Assembly (NCBI GenBank): GCA_963842885.1
Contig: CAWJIE010000004.1
Location: forward strand, 352,706 to 416,705
Length of the DNA stretch: 64,000 bases
Direction: 5' to 3'
Origin: an uncultured Nitrososphaerota archaeon
GTDB taxonomy: Archaea > Thermoproteota > Nitrososphaeria > Conexivisphaerales > DTJL01
Under the pieces are notes generated by a model. That model was not told the origin of the DNA. It made no database searches and saw only the letters and a list, made by a program, of their open reading frames with translations. Positions within the stretch are counted from its first letter, which is position 1. Each line of letters starts with the position of its first letter. This document shows positions 1 through 10,534 of this stretch, piece by piece. The translations under genes were made by a program, and so were the position numbers.

Positions 1-1175
1 ACTTGATCCATCTGATCTGTGCCCATACCTAGCCTAGTCAATTCTTGAACCCCAAAACGGAGACCCCCCGGATGGTCGAAATGCCTCCCCGCCTTGATAT
101 CTGTAGGTATCATATTCCTATTGGCGATTATGTTAGCCGATTCAAGCCTCTTCTCCAACGTTCCACCGTCTCCATATCTCGTCACATCTACCAGCACTTG
201 ATGCGAACGTGTAAAACCAAGCCTCTCACCAAAAACATCAATCCCTCTTGAGCTAAGCGACTCAGCCAACCTTCTAGAATTCTTGATTATTTCTTGGGCG
301 TATAATTCGCCGAAAGCTAACATTTCCGCAAAAGCAACGGCTTTCCCAGCCACATGATGAAGATGGTGATTCGAGACATTGCCTGGGAAGGTGGCTCTCT
401 TAATAGCATCTTCGTACCTATTCCAAGACAAAACGATACCCCCCTGCGGGCCAGGTAAGGTCTTATGCGTGCTTCCCGTTACCACGTCAGCGCCCTCCCT
501 CAAAGGATCTTGAAATTGCTTACCAGCAATCAATCCCAAGACATGTGCACCATCATATTGAACCGAGGCCCCGATTGAATGGAAAAACGATTCGAGCTCC
601 TTAACCGGATGTGGGAAAAGGAAAACAGACGCGCCGAAGATGACCATCTTCGGCCTAATCCCTTCCGCCTCCAGCTTCTTCACCTTCGCAATGGTGCCAT
701 CCACGTCAACGTTCATCGATTCTTGATTAAAGACAAGGTACTCTACCTTCAGGCCTCGTACGCTACCAGCAGTCCCGCCGAGTTCGCTCCTACCATACGA
801 AATGTGACCTCCGTTAGGTATCGAAAGAGCCATCACAGTATCTCCCGGGTTCGTTAGGACCGTGTAAACGATCAGGTTGGAGTTCACGCCTGAGATTGGG
901 CGCACATCGACGAATTCGGCGTCGAACAACTGTTTAGCTAACCGAATGGCGATCCTCTCAACCTCGTCAATGTAGGTGCAGCCAGCATAGACTCTCTCTC
1001 CCGGCCACCCCTCAGCATATCTATTACCGAAATCCGAGACTATAGCTTCCTTGACGGCGGCACTCACGATGTTCTCGGACGCAATCAAAGGCAGACATTC
1101 GGAGAACCACTTATGATGAGCTCTAAGAAGCTCAAAGATCTTGGCATAATCATCACGGACGCTATCCGTTCTCAT
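1..1175 (-). CDS. glyA: Serine hydroxymethyltransferase (archaeal type), 3' end runs off the window
   Basis: Not in the ORF track. Hand translation from ATG at 1175 gives MRTDSVRDDYAKIF...LIASEN...NRYAEGWPGERVYAGC and the PLP-lysine motif GSTHKTLPGPQGG. Confidence 0.95.
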   Translation of the reverse strand, partial: MRTDSVRDDYAKIFELLRAHHKWFSECLPLIASENIVSAAVKEAIVSDFGNRYAEGWPGERVYAGCTYIDEVERIAIRLAKQLFDAEFVDVRPISGVNSNLIVYTVLTNPGDTVMALSIPNGGHISYGRSELGGTAGSVRGLKVEYLVFNQESMNVDVDGTIAKVKKLEAEGIRPKMVIFGASVFLFPHPVKELESFFHSIGASVQYDGAHVLGLIAGKQFQDPLREGADVVTGSTHKTLPGPQGGIVLSWNRYEDAIKRATFPGNVSNHHLHHVAGKAVAFAEMLAFGELYAQEIIKNSRRLAESLSSRGIDVFGERLGFTRSHQVLVDVTRYGDGGTLEKRLESANIIANRNMIPTDIKAGRHFDHPGGLRFGVQELTRLGMGTDQMDQ

Positions 1176-1287
1176 GGCTAGGATATGGAGTAAGCCGACT
1201 TTTTAATATGTCCGGAGAACGGTTCCATCGCCAAACCTATGTAAACACCTTCGAAGTCATATCGATACAAAGGAGCTATCGACAGGC

Positions 1288-1454
1288 ACGAGTACAAAGA
1301 AGCAACGGAAAAGCCCCTCCCTTTCTCAAGTGCTGGTCTTCCACGCTCTTTTAAGGACGATACGCCGGGCTTTCAGATGAATCCAGAGGTCATCAGAGGC
1401 GTAGGAGTCACCCTAATCGTTGGCTCCTTAATGGTCTTGACAGTCCTCAAATAG
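1288..1454 (+). pseudogene. Sec61beta/SecG-like translocase subunit, apparently disrupted (ACG at the start position, frameshift near 1310)
   Basis: Hand translation: (ACG)STKKQRKSP in one frame, then KPLPFSSAGLPRSFKDDTPGFQMNPEV plus a hydrophobic tail ending in TAG in another. This resembles the archaeal Sec61beta SAGLxRFFEDxT motif. Confidence 0.6.
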
Positions 1455-1505
1455 ACGAAAGATTAATAGTCACAGCGAATACGCTTATATCCCAACCTAC
1501 AACGG

Positions 1506-3299
1506 GTGCACGATGGATTCATGGAAAGCGCCTCAGCCAGCATGGCGAAGAGATTCCAGCTGCTCTTCGTCCTTCCCAAATCCCTTTATTCCATCATAAC
1601 TTCATATCTTGCAATCATTTCCTTACTCGCATTCTGTTACGAATACTGCTTCGGCCTGCAGCTGCCGTTCTCCATCATCATGCTCGCTCTCATCGTAATC
1701 ATCCAAGGACTCGTGTTGCGGATACTCAAAATCATCTCATCTCACCTTTCTCCGATAGCCACCACTAGGAGGATAGCCGCTAGCTTAGTCATCGTCAACG
1801 CAATCTGGCTTGTCACGACACTCTTGATATTGCTCGCAAAAGGTTTCGATCCCTCAGGCGCTTCGTATTCATTCATGTTTACTTCGTTCGTCTCCCTGGC
1901 CTTAGGCATACTCATTTTCTGGCCCGTCTTCACTGAGTCTGTATGGCTTGCCATAGCGATTTCGACTCTCAACATACTTCCACTTACTCTCAGATTCTCT
2001 CTGCTGACAACTTACAGCGCCTCTCCAATCCTAGCCCTTCCATTCGCCTTTGGACTTGGCTTCCTTGTCGTCACGTTGATAACGCTGAATTGGATTAACG
2101 GAGCAGCCAAGAAACATCTTACGGTGCCTTCGTTCAAGCTCTTGAAGGCTTTCCTAGATGCTTGGACGAACCTAAATGGTCAAGCTCTTGAATCGATACT
2201 CTCGACGTTTGGAGAGGAAGGCCCCATCTCCACATACTTGCTTGAATTCTCTACAGAGTTGAAGAAGAAGAAGGCGGCCCTTGTGGTTCCGGAAGTTCAC
2301 CCAGGTCCATTCGCGCCTGTCGGAGCATTCGACCTTCCGGGCAAGATATACTGGTATTTGAGACAAAGAGGATACGACGAAGCCTTCATCCTTCACGGGG
2401 CCGTCGACCACTCCTTGAACCTCTTCAGCTCTCAAGACGTAGAACACTACCTAAATCAGCTTACCATACCACCCACCGAAGGCACATTCAGCAACAAACT
2501 CTCTTCTCCTTTGGTAAGAGAATCTGGAGATGTCGTGGTCACGGGGTTCCGATTTGGAGATTCACTTTGTCTCTTCATCTCCGTGCCAAAGGGATCGGAA
2601 GACTATCCCTCCAGTTTTCGTGAAGCAGTGAAAAACTTGTGTGCTAAGATTGGTTATCGAAGGGTGATTCTAGTCGACGCACACAATTCGATAGGAGATA
2701 ACCCCTCCAACGCATTACAGTCGGACGCCCTTGAAGGAATCAAACATGTGGCTTCAGAGCTCTTCTCCGCTCCGCAGTACGAAACTAACTTCGGCTTCGC
2801 AAACAAACAATTCACATTTGCTTCAATCAACAACGCAGACATAGGAGCTGGAGGCATCGGCTGCCTAGTCTTGGAAGTCAACGGCGTCAGCCATGCCATC
2901 GTCTCGGCTGACTCCAACAACGCCGCAGTGGGGTTACGACATGAAATAGACATGGCCCTAGCCGAGAAGTCAATCCATCTGCTGGAGTTTTGCACGTCCG
3001 ACTCCCATTTCAACGCAGCAAGGATTCGGAACAAAAAAGGCTATCTGGTCCTCGGCGAAACCACAACTCCCAACAAGGTCACTAACGACATATCAGAACT
3101 GGCCGAGCAAGCCAGAATGAACATGAGTAAGGCCTCCATCGGATTCTACGAATGGGTTTCACATGTACGGCTTCCCAAGGCCGACCTCCTCAGTCAAATG
3201 GAAGCAACCCTTACGGATGCCCTCAACGCCACCAAGAGAGGCCTTTTGATTGTCTTCGGCCTACTGTTAGTGGAACTAGCCATACTGCTCATCATCTGA
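1506..3299 (+). CDS. DUF2070 family membrane protein
   Basis: N-terminal TM helices, HPGPF, DAHN and TSDSH motifs, and a C-terminal TM helix. Confidence 0.85.
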   Translation: MHDGFMESASASMAKRFQLLFVLPKSLYSIITSYLAIISLLAFCYEYCFGLQLPFSIIMLALIVIIQGLVLRILKIISSHLSPIATTRRIAASLVIVNAIWLVTTLLILLAKGFDPSGASYSFMFTSFVSLALGILIFWPVFTESVWLAIAISTLNILPLTLRFSLLTTYSASPILALPFAFGLGFLVVTLITLNWINGAAKKHLTVPSFKLLKAFLDAWTNLNGQALESILSTFGEEGPISTYLLEFSTELKKKKAALVVPEVHPGPFAPVGAFDLPGKIYWYLRQRGYDEAFILHGAVDHSLNLFSSQDVEHYLNQLTIPPTEGTFSNKLSSPLVRESGDVVVTGFRFGDSLCLFISVPKGSEDYPSSFREAVKNLCAKIGYRRVILVDAHNSIGDNPSNALQSDALEGIKHVASELFSAPQYETNFGFANKQFTFASINNADIGAGGIGCLVLEVNGVSHAIVSADSNNAAVGLRHEIDMALAEKSIHLLEFCTSDSHFNAARIRNKKGYLVLGETTTPNKVTNDISELAEQARMNMSKASIGFYEWVSHVRLPKADLLSQMEATLTDALNATKRGLLIVFGLLLVELAILLII

Positions 3300-3369
3300 G
3301 AGGTCAGACCAACGAAAACGTATAGGTTAATATAACAAACAGGCAGCCTTCTTTCCGGCAGCCTTCACA

Positions 3370-4822
3370 TTGCCGGATGACAGACTAGACAAGATCCTCC
3401 ATGAGATGATCAAGCAGCGTAACGACCTCACAAAGGATCAGCTTCTTGGCCTCATCGCCGAGAAGAAGAGGAAAATCGGTTCCGGGTTCTTGACAGATAC
3501 AGGTGCCGGCTACTTGGTGGCCAGCGAACTGAACATAGATCTCAACAACGTTGGTCTCAACGATTACTCTCTCAAGGACCTCGGACCAGGGATGGTAGCC
3601 GTAAATGTAAAGTCTTACTTCTTGGCTGCATCCGGAGCCCGGAGCTTCAACCGCAAGGATGGATTGGAGGGAACGTACCGTTCAGTCTTCCTTTTCGATG
3701 ACAGCATCACCACTAAGGCTCATGCTGTGGGATGCCCAAGCTAGGGACGATTCGTTCGCAACAATCTCCGTCGGCGAGCCAATAAGAGTGTCAAACGTGA
3801 CGACGAGGATGGGAAGAGACAACGTCTTGGAGATTCATTCGAGCCCCCAAACGAAGATAGAGCTGCTGGACTCGCATGTCGACGGCTCCAAGAGGCTCGA
3901 CACAGTGACCCTCAGGACCTCCGACGTAGGTTTCGCGAGGAGGGGTCTAGTCGTCAGGGGCTTCGTCACCAGCGACCCCAAACCGATATCCTTCCAGAGG
4001 CAAGATGGTTCAGCCGGGAAGGCACTTCAACTCACCTTGTCAAGCCAAAACTCCGCCGAGTCGAACCTCAGACTGGTCCTTTGGTCGTATCGCCCTGAAT
4101 ATGAAACACAGGTGAGACGGGGCATGGAAATTAGACTGATCAACCTAGAATCAAAAGCCCAACCTGCTGGCTCGTACGAGCTTCAAGGCAACGAAGACAC
4201 GACGATTGAACTTCTTACATCTTCCGATATCAACCAGCAGTCGACTGGCGAAGAGCCTTTTGTCGTGATATCCATAGGCCCGATAACCGACTTTGCGGGC
4301 AGGCAACGAAGGTCGACGTTATTGGGAAGGGACAAACACACCTTCCTTCTCACAGCCAGCGATGTTTCAGCCCGCTTGTTTGACAGCATCGATTCCGGCG
4401 ACCAAATTAGGCTGAAGAACTACTTCATCAAAGGAGACGAAATCTTCGTTTCAAATCTCTCCGAAGACGATCTCCAGCTCTTGGGGAGTTCGCAAGAGAA
4501 GCTTAACCAATTCAAGTTCAGAATTCAAGACCTACCTAACGTGCACACGGCCGGTCTTATCGAGTTGGTCGTCTTGGCCAAGCCTGTTGCTAAGGATATC
4601 ATCTTGAGAGATGGCAAGACGGTTCCAATGGGTGAAGTCTTGGTCGGCGATGAGACAGGTGAAAGCAGGCTTGTAGCATGGCGGGGCCTTTCAGACATCT
4701 TGAACGGCCTGTTGCCCGGGGCAAGGTTGCTCATCTACGGCGCCGTGCCTAAGACTGACAGCCGTGGGAATCACTCCATAGAGTTGAGAGACTATTCGTC
4801 TGTTCAGCATATACTAAGCTAG
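3370..4822 (+). CDS. Replication protein A-like multi-OB-fold ssDNA-binding protein, split by a frameshift near 3718
   Basis: ORFs 3370..3744 and 3659..4822 join at ...DDSITT/LMLWD. OB-fold signatures FNRKDGLEG, FQRQDGSAG and GDETGESRLVAW. Confidence 0.8.
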
Positions 4823-7530
4823 TTATCCCAGTACTGGCGGTAAAGCAAGAAATTCCTTTCCGCATGATAGAGCTGGAGGAACAAGTCCTCTTCCGTCACC
4901 GACTGCCTCAGGATTCTAGCAGCCGTGTCTTCGCCCACTCCATAGCAAGACATGGCTATAGCCGCTTTCCGTCCGAAGGACATGCCGAGCGAGGCCGACT
5001 TCCAAGCCTTCTTGAACCGTCTGTCTTCTTCATCTGTCAGGTGTTTCTTCTTCACCCTCTTCCCAACGACTTTCTCCGTCATGGTGTCATAGGGAGATGT
5101 TATGGCAATCATCTTGGAGCCACAGACCTTGCATCGGAACTGGTTAGGGGATTCGAATGCCTTGATTACGCTACTCCATTTACCACAGGTCAAACAGACC
5201 AACTTAGCGTGACGCACGCTCAGACGTTCCTTCAGTTTCTCAACGGCCTTTTCCGGCCCTTCGACACCTCTATCTATAGCATCATCTACGATTTTGGAAG
5301 ATAACAGTGAATACTTCTCCACGTTTACAATGTGGATCTTGATGCGACCATCTCGTATCCTCTCTAGCACGCCTTTTGCACCTATGACGTCGTACTTCCT
5401 CTGTAAGACCTCGCTCAGGGCTTCAACATAGACGGGCGTGTTGAGATATCTCTCCATGATTACCTTTGCTGCCCTGCGATCGTATTTCGCGGTCCTGTCT
5501 AACACCCCAAACCTCTTTGCCACCTGCCATATCGTATAGTGGAAGATTCTAAAGGATGTGATTTCTGGAGTGACGACGGCTTCCAAGTCTTTCACCTGCA
5601 TTATCAAGTCTCTGAGCTTCTCTCCGCTCGTAGGTGGTTGGGAAAGGATCAGTATCCTGTACGGGTCACTAATCGACTGGGGAACTCCGCCGTAAAGCCC
5701 CTTGATCATGGCGGAGGCGACCTTCTCGAGCGTGCTATTGATTTTGGTTCCAAAGCAGGAATGTATCACAGCTCCTCCTTGTCCAACTTCAATGACCATG
5801 TTTTCCTGATCTGGAACTACTCCCAATTCCTCCAGAATCCGACGGTGATACCTTTGCAACTCTTCATCCTTTGTTCTCGATGAACCGCTTCTTATCCTCC
5901 CGACCATTCTTGCGGTTTCACATTCAACGGGTATCATTTCACCTGTCCAGATTGGTATAGCTCCAGCCAAGGTCTTGGTCCTCTCCACGAACACCTTGGC
6001 CTCATGATCATCTATTGAAACGATTCGCCATGGCTCGCCATGCAGTATTACCGACTGGTTCTGTTCCATGTTTTCAGCCACAAACCGTTCATCTAGGAAG
6101 CCCACTTTCTTCCTGCTCAACAACTCGACCACTTCGTACTTCTCGACTTCAGGGATCATCGAAACATTGGAGAAATAGAACTCGTAGGTCTTCCTGCCTC
6201 GCCCCCTGATTGTCGGTCCGTCCCGCCAAATCAAATAGTTCCCTGACAGAATCGTGACTACATCGTCAAACACCAGACCATCCAAGTCCTTGTATTGGTA
6301 GACCTTTCTCAGCATAGCTAGGAAGTCGTCGCTTGAGTATCTCCCCCTTTCAATGGCGGTGCCGACGACATGATGAGCTAGAACGTCAAGCGGCTGATTC
6401 AGGGGTCCGATCTTCTCTATGCTACCTACACTAAGGCGATTGATCAACGCCAAGCTTTCTACATAGTTGTCTAGGTCCGTGCATAACACGGTTCCATGGG
6501 CTCTATGCCCGACTTCATGGAAGCTTCTACCTATCCTTTGGGCGAGCTTAGTGACTTGGCGCGGCGAGTTGATTTGATACACATGATCGATGTCTCCGAT
6601 GTCAAGACCCAACTCGAGGGAAGAAGTGGACACTACGACCCTGAGCTTCCCCTCTTTCAGCGCGCCCTCCACCTCTTCCCGAATCTCCTTCGACAAAGAG
6701 CCGTGGTGTACTCCGACGCTCAACTCATTCTTCTCTTTCATCAGCGCAGCCACAATCTCCACTTCATCCCTGGTATTAGCGAAAACCAAAGAAGCATGAT
6801 AGTCCTTGCTGCACACATCTTTCAGAACGTAGTTCGCAACAGCTCGAAAGTCACCGCTCAACAGAATCGGCTCGATTTCATACTCCCTCGGCACAGGGTC
6901 CGTGATTACAGCATGACCTCCCTTTTCGCCGAGGATGAACTTGGCAACCAAGTCAAGGTCTCCAATAGTAGCCGAGATGCCTATCCTGACGGGAGGTTTG
7001 TCAGCAAGACAAGACAGTCGTTCGAGACTTATGGCCAAGTGAGCCCCTCGCTTGTTGCTCACAAGCTCATGGACTTCATCGACCACTATCCACTCGACGG
7101 CCCTCAAGTTCTCTTTGAACCTTCTGGAAGACAGAAGGATTCCCAACGTCTCAGGTGTCGTTATCAAGAGGTCGGGAGGATTCGAAAGGGTCTTCCTCCT
7201 AGCCGACTCTGACGAGTCGCCATGCCTGACCGCCGCTTTCAATCCGACTGCTTCAGCATATTCAGTCAACCGAATCAGCAGGTCGCGGTTCAAGGCGCGC
7301 AGGGGTGTGATGTAGACCGCTCTGATTCCGGGTCTTCTACTTGAAGCAGCCATCGACACCAATATTGGAATCATCACAGCCTCCGTCTTTCCAGACCCCG
7401 TCGGAGCCGAAATCAGGGAGTTTTTGCGCCGGACCACGACTGGCCATGCCTTTGTTTGAATTGGGGTCGGGGTGTCTATTCCCGCCTTTGACAACAGGGT
7501 ACGAAACGCGAGGTCAGCGGCCATTGTCAA
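4819..7530 (-). CDS. lhr: Lhr-like ATP-dependent SF2 helicase
   Basis: APTGSGKTE, PLRALNRD, TTPETL, DEVH, SAT, SSLELGLDIG, QRIGRSFH and a C-terminal CxxC..CxxC. Confidence 0.92.
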   Translation of the reverse strand: MTMAADLAFRTLLSKAGIDTPTPIQTKAWPVVVRRKNSLISAPTGSGKTEAVMIPILVSMAASSRRPGIRAVYITPLRALNRDLLIRLTEYAEAVGLKAAVRHGDSSESARRKTLSNPPDLLITTPETLGILLSSRRFKENLRAVEWIVVDEVHELVSNKRGAHLAISLERLSCLADKPPVRIGISATIGDLDLVAKFILGEKGGHAVITDPVPREYEIEPILLSGDFRAVANYVLKDVCSKDYHASLVFANTRDEVEIVAALMKEKNELSVGVHHGSLSKEIREEVEGALKEGKLRVVVSTSSLELGLDIGDIDHVYQINSPRQVTKLAQRIGRSFHEVGHRAHGTVLCTDLDNYVESLALINRLSVGSIEKIGPLNQPLDVLAHHVVGTAIERGRYSSDDFLAMLRKVYQYKDLDGLVFDDVVTILSGNYLIWRDGPTIRGRGRKTYEFYFSNVSMIPEVEKYEVVELLSRKKVGFLDERFVAENMEQNQSVILHGEPWRIVSIDDHEAKVFVERTKTLAGAIPIWTGEMIPVECETARMVGRIRSGSSRTKDEELQRYHRRILEELGVVPDQENMVIEVGQGGAVIHSCFGTKINSTLEKVASAMIKGLYGGVPQSISDPYRILILSQPPTSGEKLRDLIMQVKDLEAVVTPEITSFRIFHYTIWQVAKRFGVLDRTAKYDRRAAKVIMERYLNTPVYVEALSEVLQRKYDVIGAKGVLERIRDGRIKIHIVNVEKYSLLSSKIVDDAIDRGVEGPEKAVEKLKERLSVRHAKLVCLTCGKWSSVIKAFESPNQFRCKVCGSKMIAITSPYDTMTEKVVGKRVKKKHLTDEEDRRFKKAWKSASLGMSFGRKAAIAMSCYGVGEDTAARILRQSVTEEDLFLQLYHAERNFLLYRQYWDN

Positions 7531-7546
7531 TACGGGTCGTTCTATC

Positions 7547-7657
7547 TTATTTCTTCTTCGCGGCGTAATGCTCGTAAATGAATAAGGCTATGACGGCCGC
7601 TACAAGAATGGCGAAAGTAACCGTTCCCGCAAAAGAGTAGAAGTCAGCTGGAGCCAT
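7547..7657 (-). CDS. Small single-TM protein (36 aa)
   Basis: Hand translation MAPADFYSFAGTVTFAILVAAVIALFIYEHYAAKKK*, with an AT-rich TATA-like sequence upstream. Confidence 0.55.
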   Translation of the reverse strand: MAPADFYSFAGTVTFAILVAAVIALFIYEHYAAKKK

Positions 7658-7731
7658 GGGATGTACGACATCACCCTTGACCCCTACAATTATTAAAGCT
7701 TACAACGACAAACCGCCCGGAGAAGGAGAAA

Positions 7732-7872
7732 GGTGCCGGGAGAGGGTTTCGAACCCTCGACTTCTGGTGGCTCGCGTCCACCTCCAGATTATGAGTATCG
7801 CCCTTCATAGGAGGCTGGCGCTCTAACCAGGCTGAGCTATCGGGCTTCAGGTCTGAATCCCGGCCTCCCGGC
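7732..7872 (-). tRNA. tRNA-Met(CAT), probably elongator, with three non-canonical introns (about 8/9, 30/31, 45/46); 5' end at 7864 or 7872
   Basis: Removing three BHB-type inserts gives GCCGGGA TA GCTC AGCCTGGTTA GAGC G CCAGA CTCATAA TCTGG AGGTC GAGGG TTCGAAA CCCTC TCCCGGC A, a complete cloverleaf. Confidence 0.9.
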
Positions 7873-7969
7873 AGACGTCCCTACTTAGCGACGGTATATT
7901 TACCTTATACTCTGTCCCGATGGTTACGGTTAAAACCACCTCTGTGGTGGGGGGCATGAAGGGGAAGAA

Positions 7970-10111
7970 TTGTCCACCCTCGACGATGCTTTCATCCGGC
8001 TCAGCGCATTCATGAACCCGTCTTCAGTAGCGGTGATCGGGGCTTCAGCTAGAGAGGAAAGCGTGGGTTACGCCGTCTTTGCCAATATATTGAAGACCGG
8101 ATTCAAGGGGATAGTGTATCCAGTGAACCTTACAACACGCTCCATCTTGTCTGTGCGTTCTTACTCTTCCATTCTGGACATTCCTGATGAGGTCGACTTG
8201 GCGATTATATGCATTCCCAGCAAATTCGTGCCTCAGTCAGTGATTGACTGTGGTAAGAAAGGAGTCAAAGGCGTCATCGTCATCAGCGCCGGGTTCAAGG
8301 AAACTGGACCAGAAGGAGCTAAACTGGAAGAGGCTGTAAAGGAGGCCGCAAAATCGTATGACCTCCCACTAATCGGCCCCAACTGTCTAGGACTTGCTAA
8401 CATGGACTCCAAAATCCAACTGAACGCGACCTTCGCCAAACGTGTTCCCAAACCTGGGAACATTGCCATTGTTTCGCAGAGCGGCGCCCTCGGCGTGGCG
8501 CTTATGGATTATGCTTCCTCGCGCAACATCGGGATTTCAAAGGTGGTGAGTCTAGGCAACAAAGCCGTCCTCAATGAACTTGATTTGCTGAAGGCTCTGG
8601 CCAACGATCCTCAGACGAAGGTGATTCTTCTCTACCTTGAAGATCTCGTCGACGGCAAGGGTTTCATAGAAACTGTCAGGACGGTCACCGATACGATAAG
8701 GAAGCCCATCCTAGCTCTCAAGGCCGGCCGAACCGCGGCCGGAGCCAAGGCGGCATCTTCTCACACAGGGTCTCTAGCCGGCTCTGATGAAGTATACGAT
8801 GCCATCTTCCTTCAGAGCGGTGTCTTACGTGTCGAATTCACGTCCGAGCTATTCGATTATGCCATAGCTTTCTCGAGGCAATCCATCCCCAAGAGCAACA
8901 GAGTCGGCATCATCACCAATGCTGGAGGTCCAGGCATATTGACGACGGATGCCTGTATAAGATATGGGATGTCAATCCCCACGCTGACGCCTGAAACGAT
9001 TTCTGCCTTGAGAGCATTCCTTCCGGCAGCCGCTGCCTTGAACAACCCCATCGACATAATCGGAGATGCCGACGAAGCCAGATATGAAAAGACGCTACAA
9101 ATCATGATAAAGGACCCAACCATCGACTCTCTCATAGTGATAGCCACAAGACAGCTTATGACGGATACCAAGGCCATCGCAGAGGCCATAGCCAGAGCGG
9201 CCAGCCAGACCGACAAGACAATCATGGTCTCCTTCCCGGGGGCGCCGTTCGAAGATGAAGGAGCGCTCTTCTTGGAGAACAGCAACGTCCCCGTATACCA
9301 GTTCTCCGAATCCGCTGTAAGGGCCCTGGCCATGATGCAGAAGTATGGGAGTTGGGTCGTAAGGCGCAGGACAGAGGTCAAGACATTTCACGATGTGGAC
9401 AGGGAGAAAGCCGAGAGAATCATCGACTCGGTGATGAAAGATAAGAGAGAGGTGATGACCGAACTCGAAGCATACGATGTCCTCGAGGCATATAGATTCG
9501 ACGTCCCAAAACACTCTCATGCGAAGGATTTGGACCAAGCCCTCAAGGCAGCCCAGAGGATAGGCTATCCGGTCGTTCTGAAGATAGTATCACCCGATAT
9601 CCTCCACAAGACGGATGTTGGAGGTGTCAAGGTCGGAATTCAGGACGCTAGCGAATTACGTCGAGCATATGAAGACATGATGAAGGCAGTGACCGCGGCC
9701 ATGCCTGAGGCGCATATCTGGGGCGTCGGGGTCTATGAAATGGTCAAAGGTGGAATAGAGACAATACTGGGAGTGAAGAGAGATCCTCAGTTTGGCCCCA
9801 TCATCGTATTCGGCACAGGAGGCACGGCGGTGGAATTGTACAAAGACGTGTCATTCAGACTGGCGCCAATCAGGGAACTGGGTGCCCAGAACATGATAAA
9901 CTCCACCAAGGCCAGCCAGCTTCTTGCCGGCTATCGAGGATCCAAGAAGGGCGACATCCTCAAGCTAGAGGAGAACCTCGAGAGACTGTCACAGATGGCC
10001 TGCGAGCTTCAAGAGATAAATGAACTAGATATCAACCCGCTCGTCGTGTTCGAAGATGGAAAGGGCTGCAAAGCGCTGGACGCGAGAATACTCATCAAGT
10101 CAGCACCATAA
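7970..10111 (+). CDS. NDP-forming acetate/acyl-CoA ligase, fused alpha-beta
   Basis: CoA-binding VAVIGAS, GPNCLG, SQSGA, phospho-His SHTGSLAG, and ATP-grasp HKTDVGGV / ELDINP. Confidence 0.9.
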   Translation: MSTLDDAFIRLSAFMNPSSVAVIGASAREESVGYAVFANILKTGFKGIVYPVNLTTRSILSVRSYSSILDIPDEVDLAIICIPSKFVPQSVIDCGKKGVKGVIVISAGFKETGPEGAKLEEAVKEAAKSYDLPLIGPNCLGLANMDSKIQLNATFAKRVPKPGNIAIVSQSGALGVALMDYASSRNIGISKVVSLGNKAVLNELDLLKALANDPQTKVILLYLEDLVDGKGFIETVRTVTDTIRKPILALKAGRTAAGAKAASSHTGSLAGSDEVYDAIFLQSGVLRVEFTSELFDYAIAFSRQSIPKSNRVGIITNAGGPGILTTDACIRYGMSIPTLTPETISALRAFLPAAAALNNPIDIIGDADEARYEKTLQIMIKDPTIDSLIVIATRQLMTDTKAIAEAIARAASQTDKTIMVSFPGAPFEDEGALFLENSNVPVYQFSESAVRALAMMQKYGSWVVRRRTEVKTFHDVDREKAERIIDSVMKDKREVMTELEAYDVLEAYRFDVPKHSHAKDLDQALKAAQRIGYPVVLKIVSPDILHKTDVGGVKVGIQDASELRRAYEDMMKAVTAAMPEAHIWGVGVYEMVKGGIETILGVKRDPQFGPIIVFGTGGTAVELYKDVSFRLAPIRELGAQNMINSTKASQLLAGYRGSKKGDILKLEENLERLSQMACELQEINELDINPLVVFEDGKGCKALDARILIKSAP

Positions 10112-10139
10112 GAAAGGAGCTCTGGGCGCCCTTCCATGA

Positions 10140-10505
10140 TCATGACGGCCTTGTCTTGAAACCATCGAAGTATATCCGCTTGAAATCCTTCACCCTTCCG
10201 CCTTCCACACGGACACCTTCAGCAGCCAACAATTCAATCTTCCTTGCTACGCCGCGCCGATCACCAAAACCTCCAATGCGGCCATCTTTATGCACGACCC
10301 TATGGCATGGAACAACAGGAGCGTAGGGGTTGACATGCATGATGCTTCCTATGGCTCGCGCAGCCTTTGGCTGTCCGACGGCAGCCGCCAGCTCCCCATA
10401 ACTGGTCACCTTTCCCTTCGGAATCTGCCTTGCAAGCGAGTAAACTAGCTCAGAATCTATCTTCTGTCTTTTCAAAGCCCGTCCTTCATCATTCTCTGTG
10501 GCCAT
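10140..10505 (-). CDS. Methylated-DNA--protein-cysteine methyltransferase (MGMT) C-terminal domain protein
   Basis: IPKGKVTSYGELA...ARAIG and the active-site PCHRVV. Confidence 0.9.
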   Translation of the reverse strand: MATENDEGRALKRQKIDSELVYSLARQIPKGKVTSYGELAAAVGQPKAARAIGSIMHVNPYAPVVPCHRVVHKDGRIGGFGDRRGVARKIELLAAEGVRVEGGRVKDFKRIYFDGFKTRPS

Positions 10506-10534
10506 CCGTATTAAGGCATCTATTCAGCCCGTTT

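Noticed and set aside
3700-3730. Programmed frameshift in RPA
   Set aside because: No recognisable slippery heptamer, and many other indels in the window point to sequencing error.
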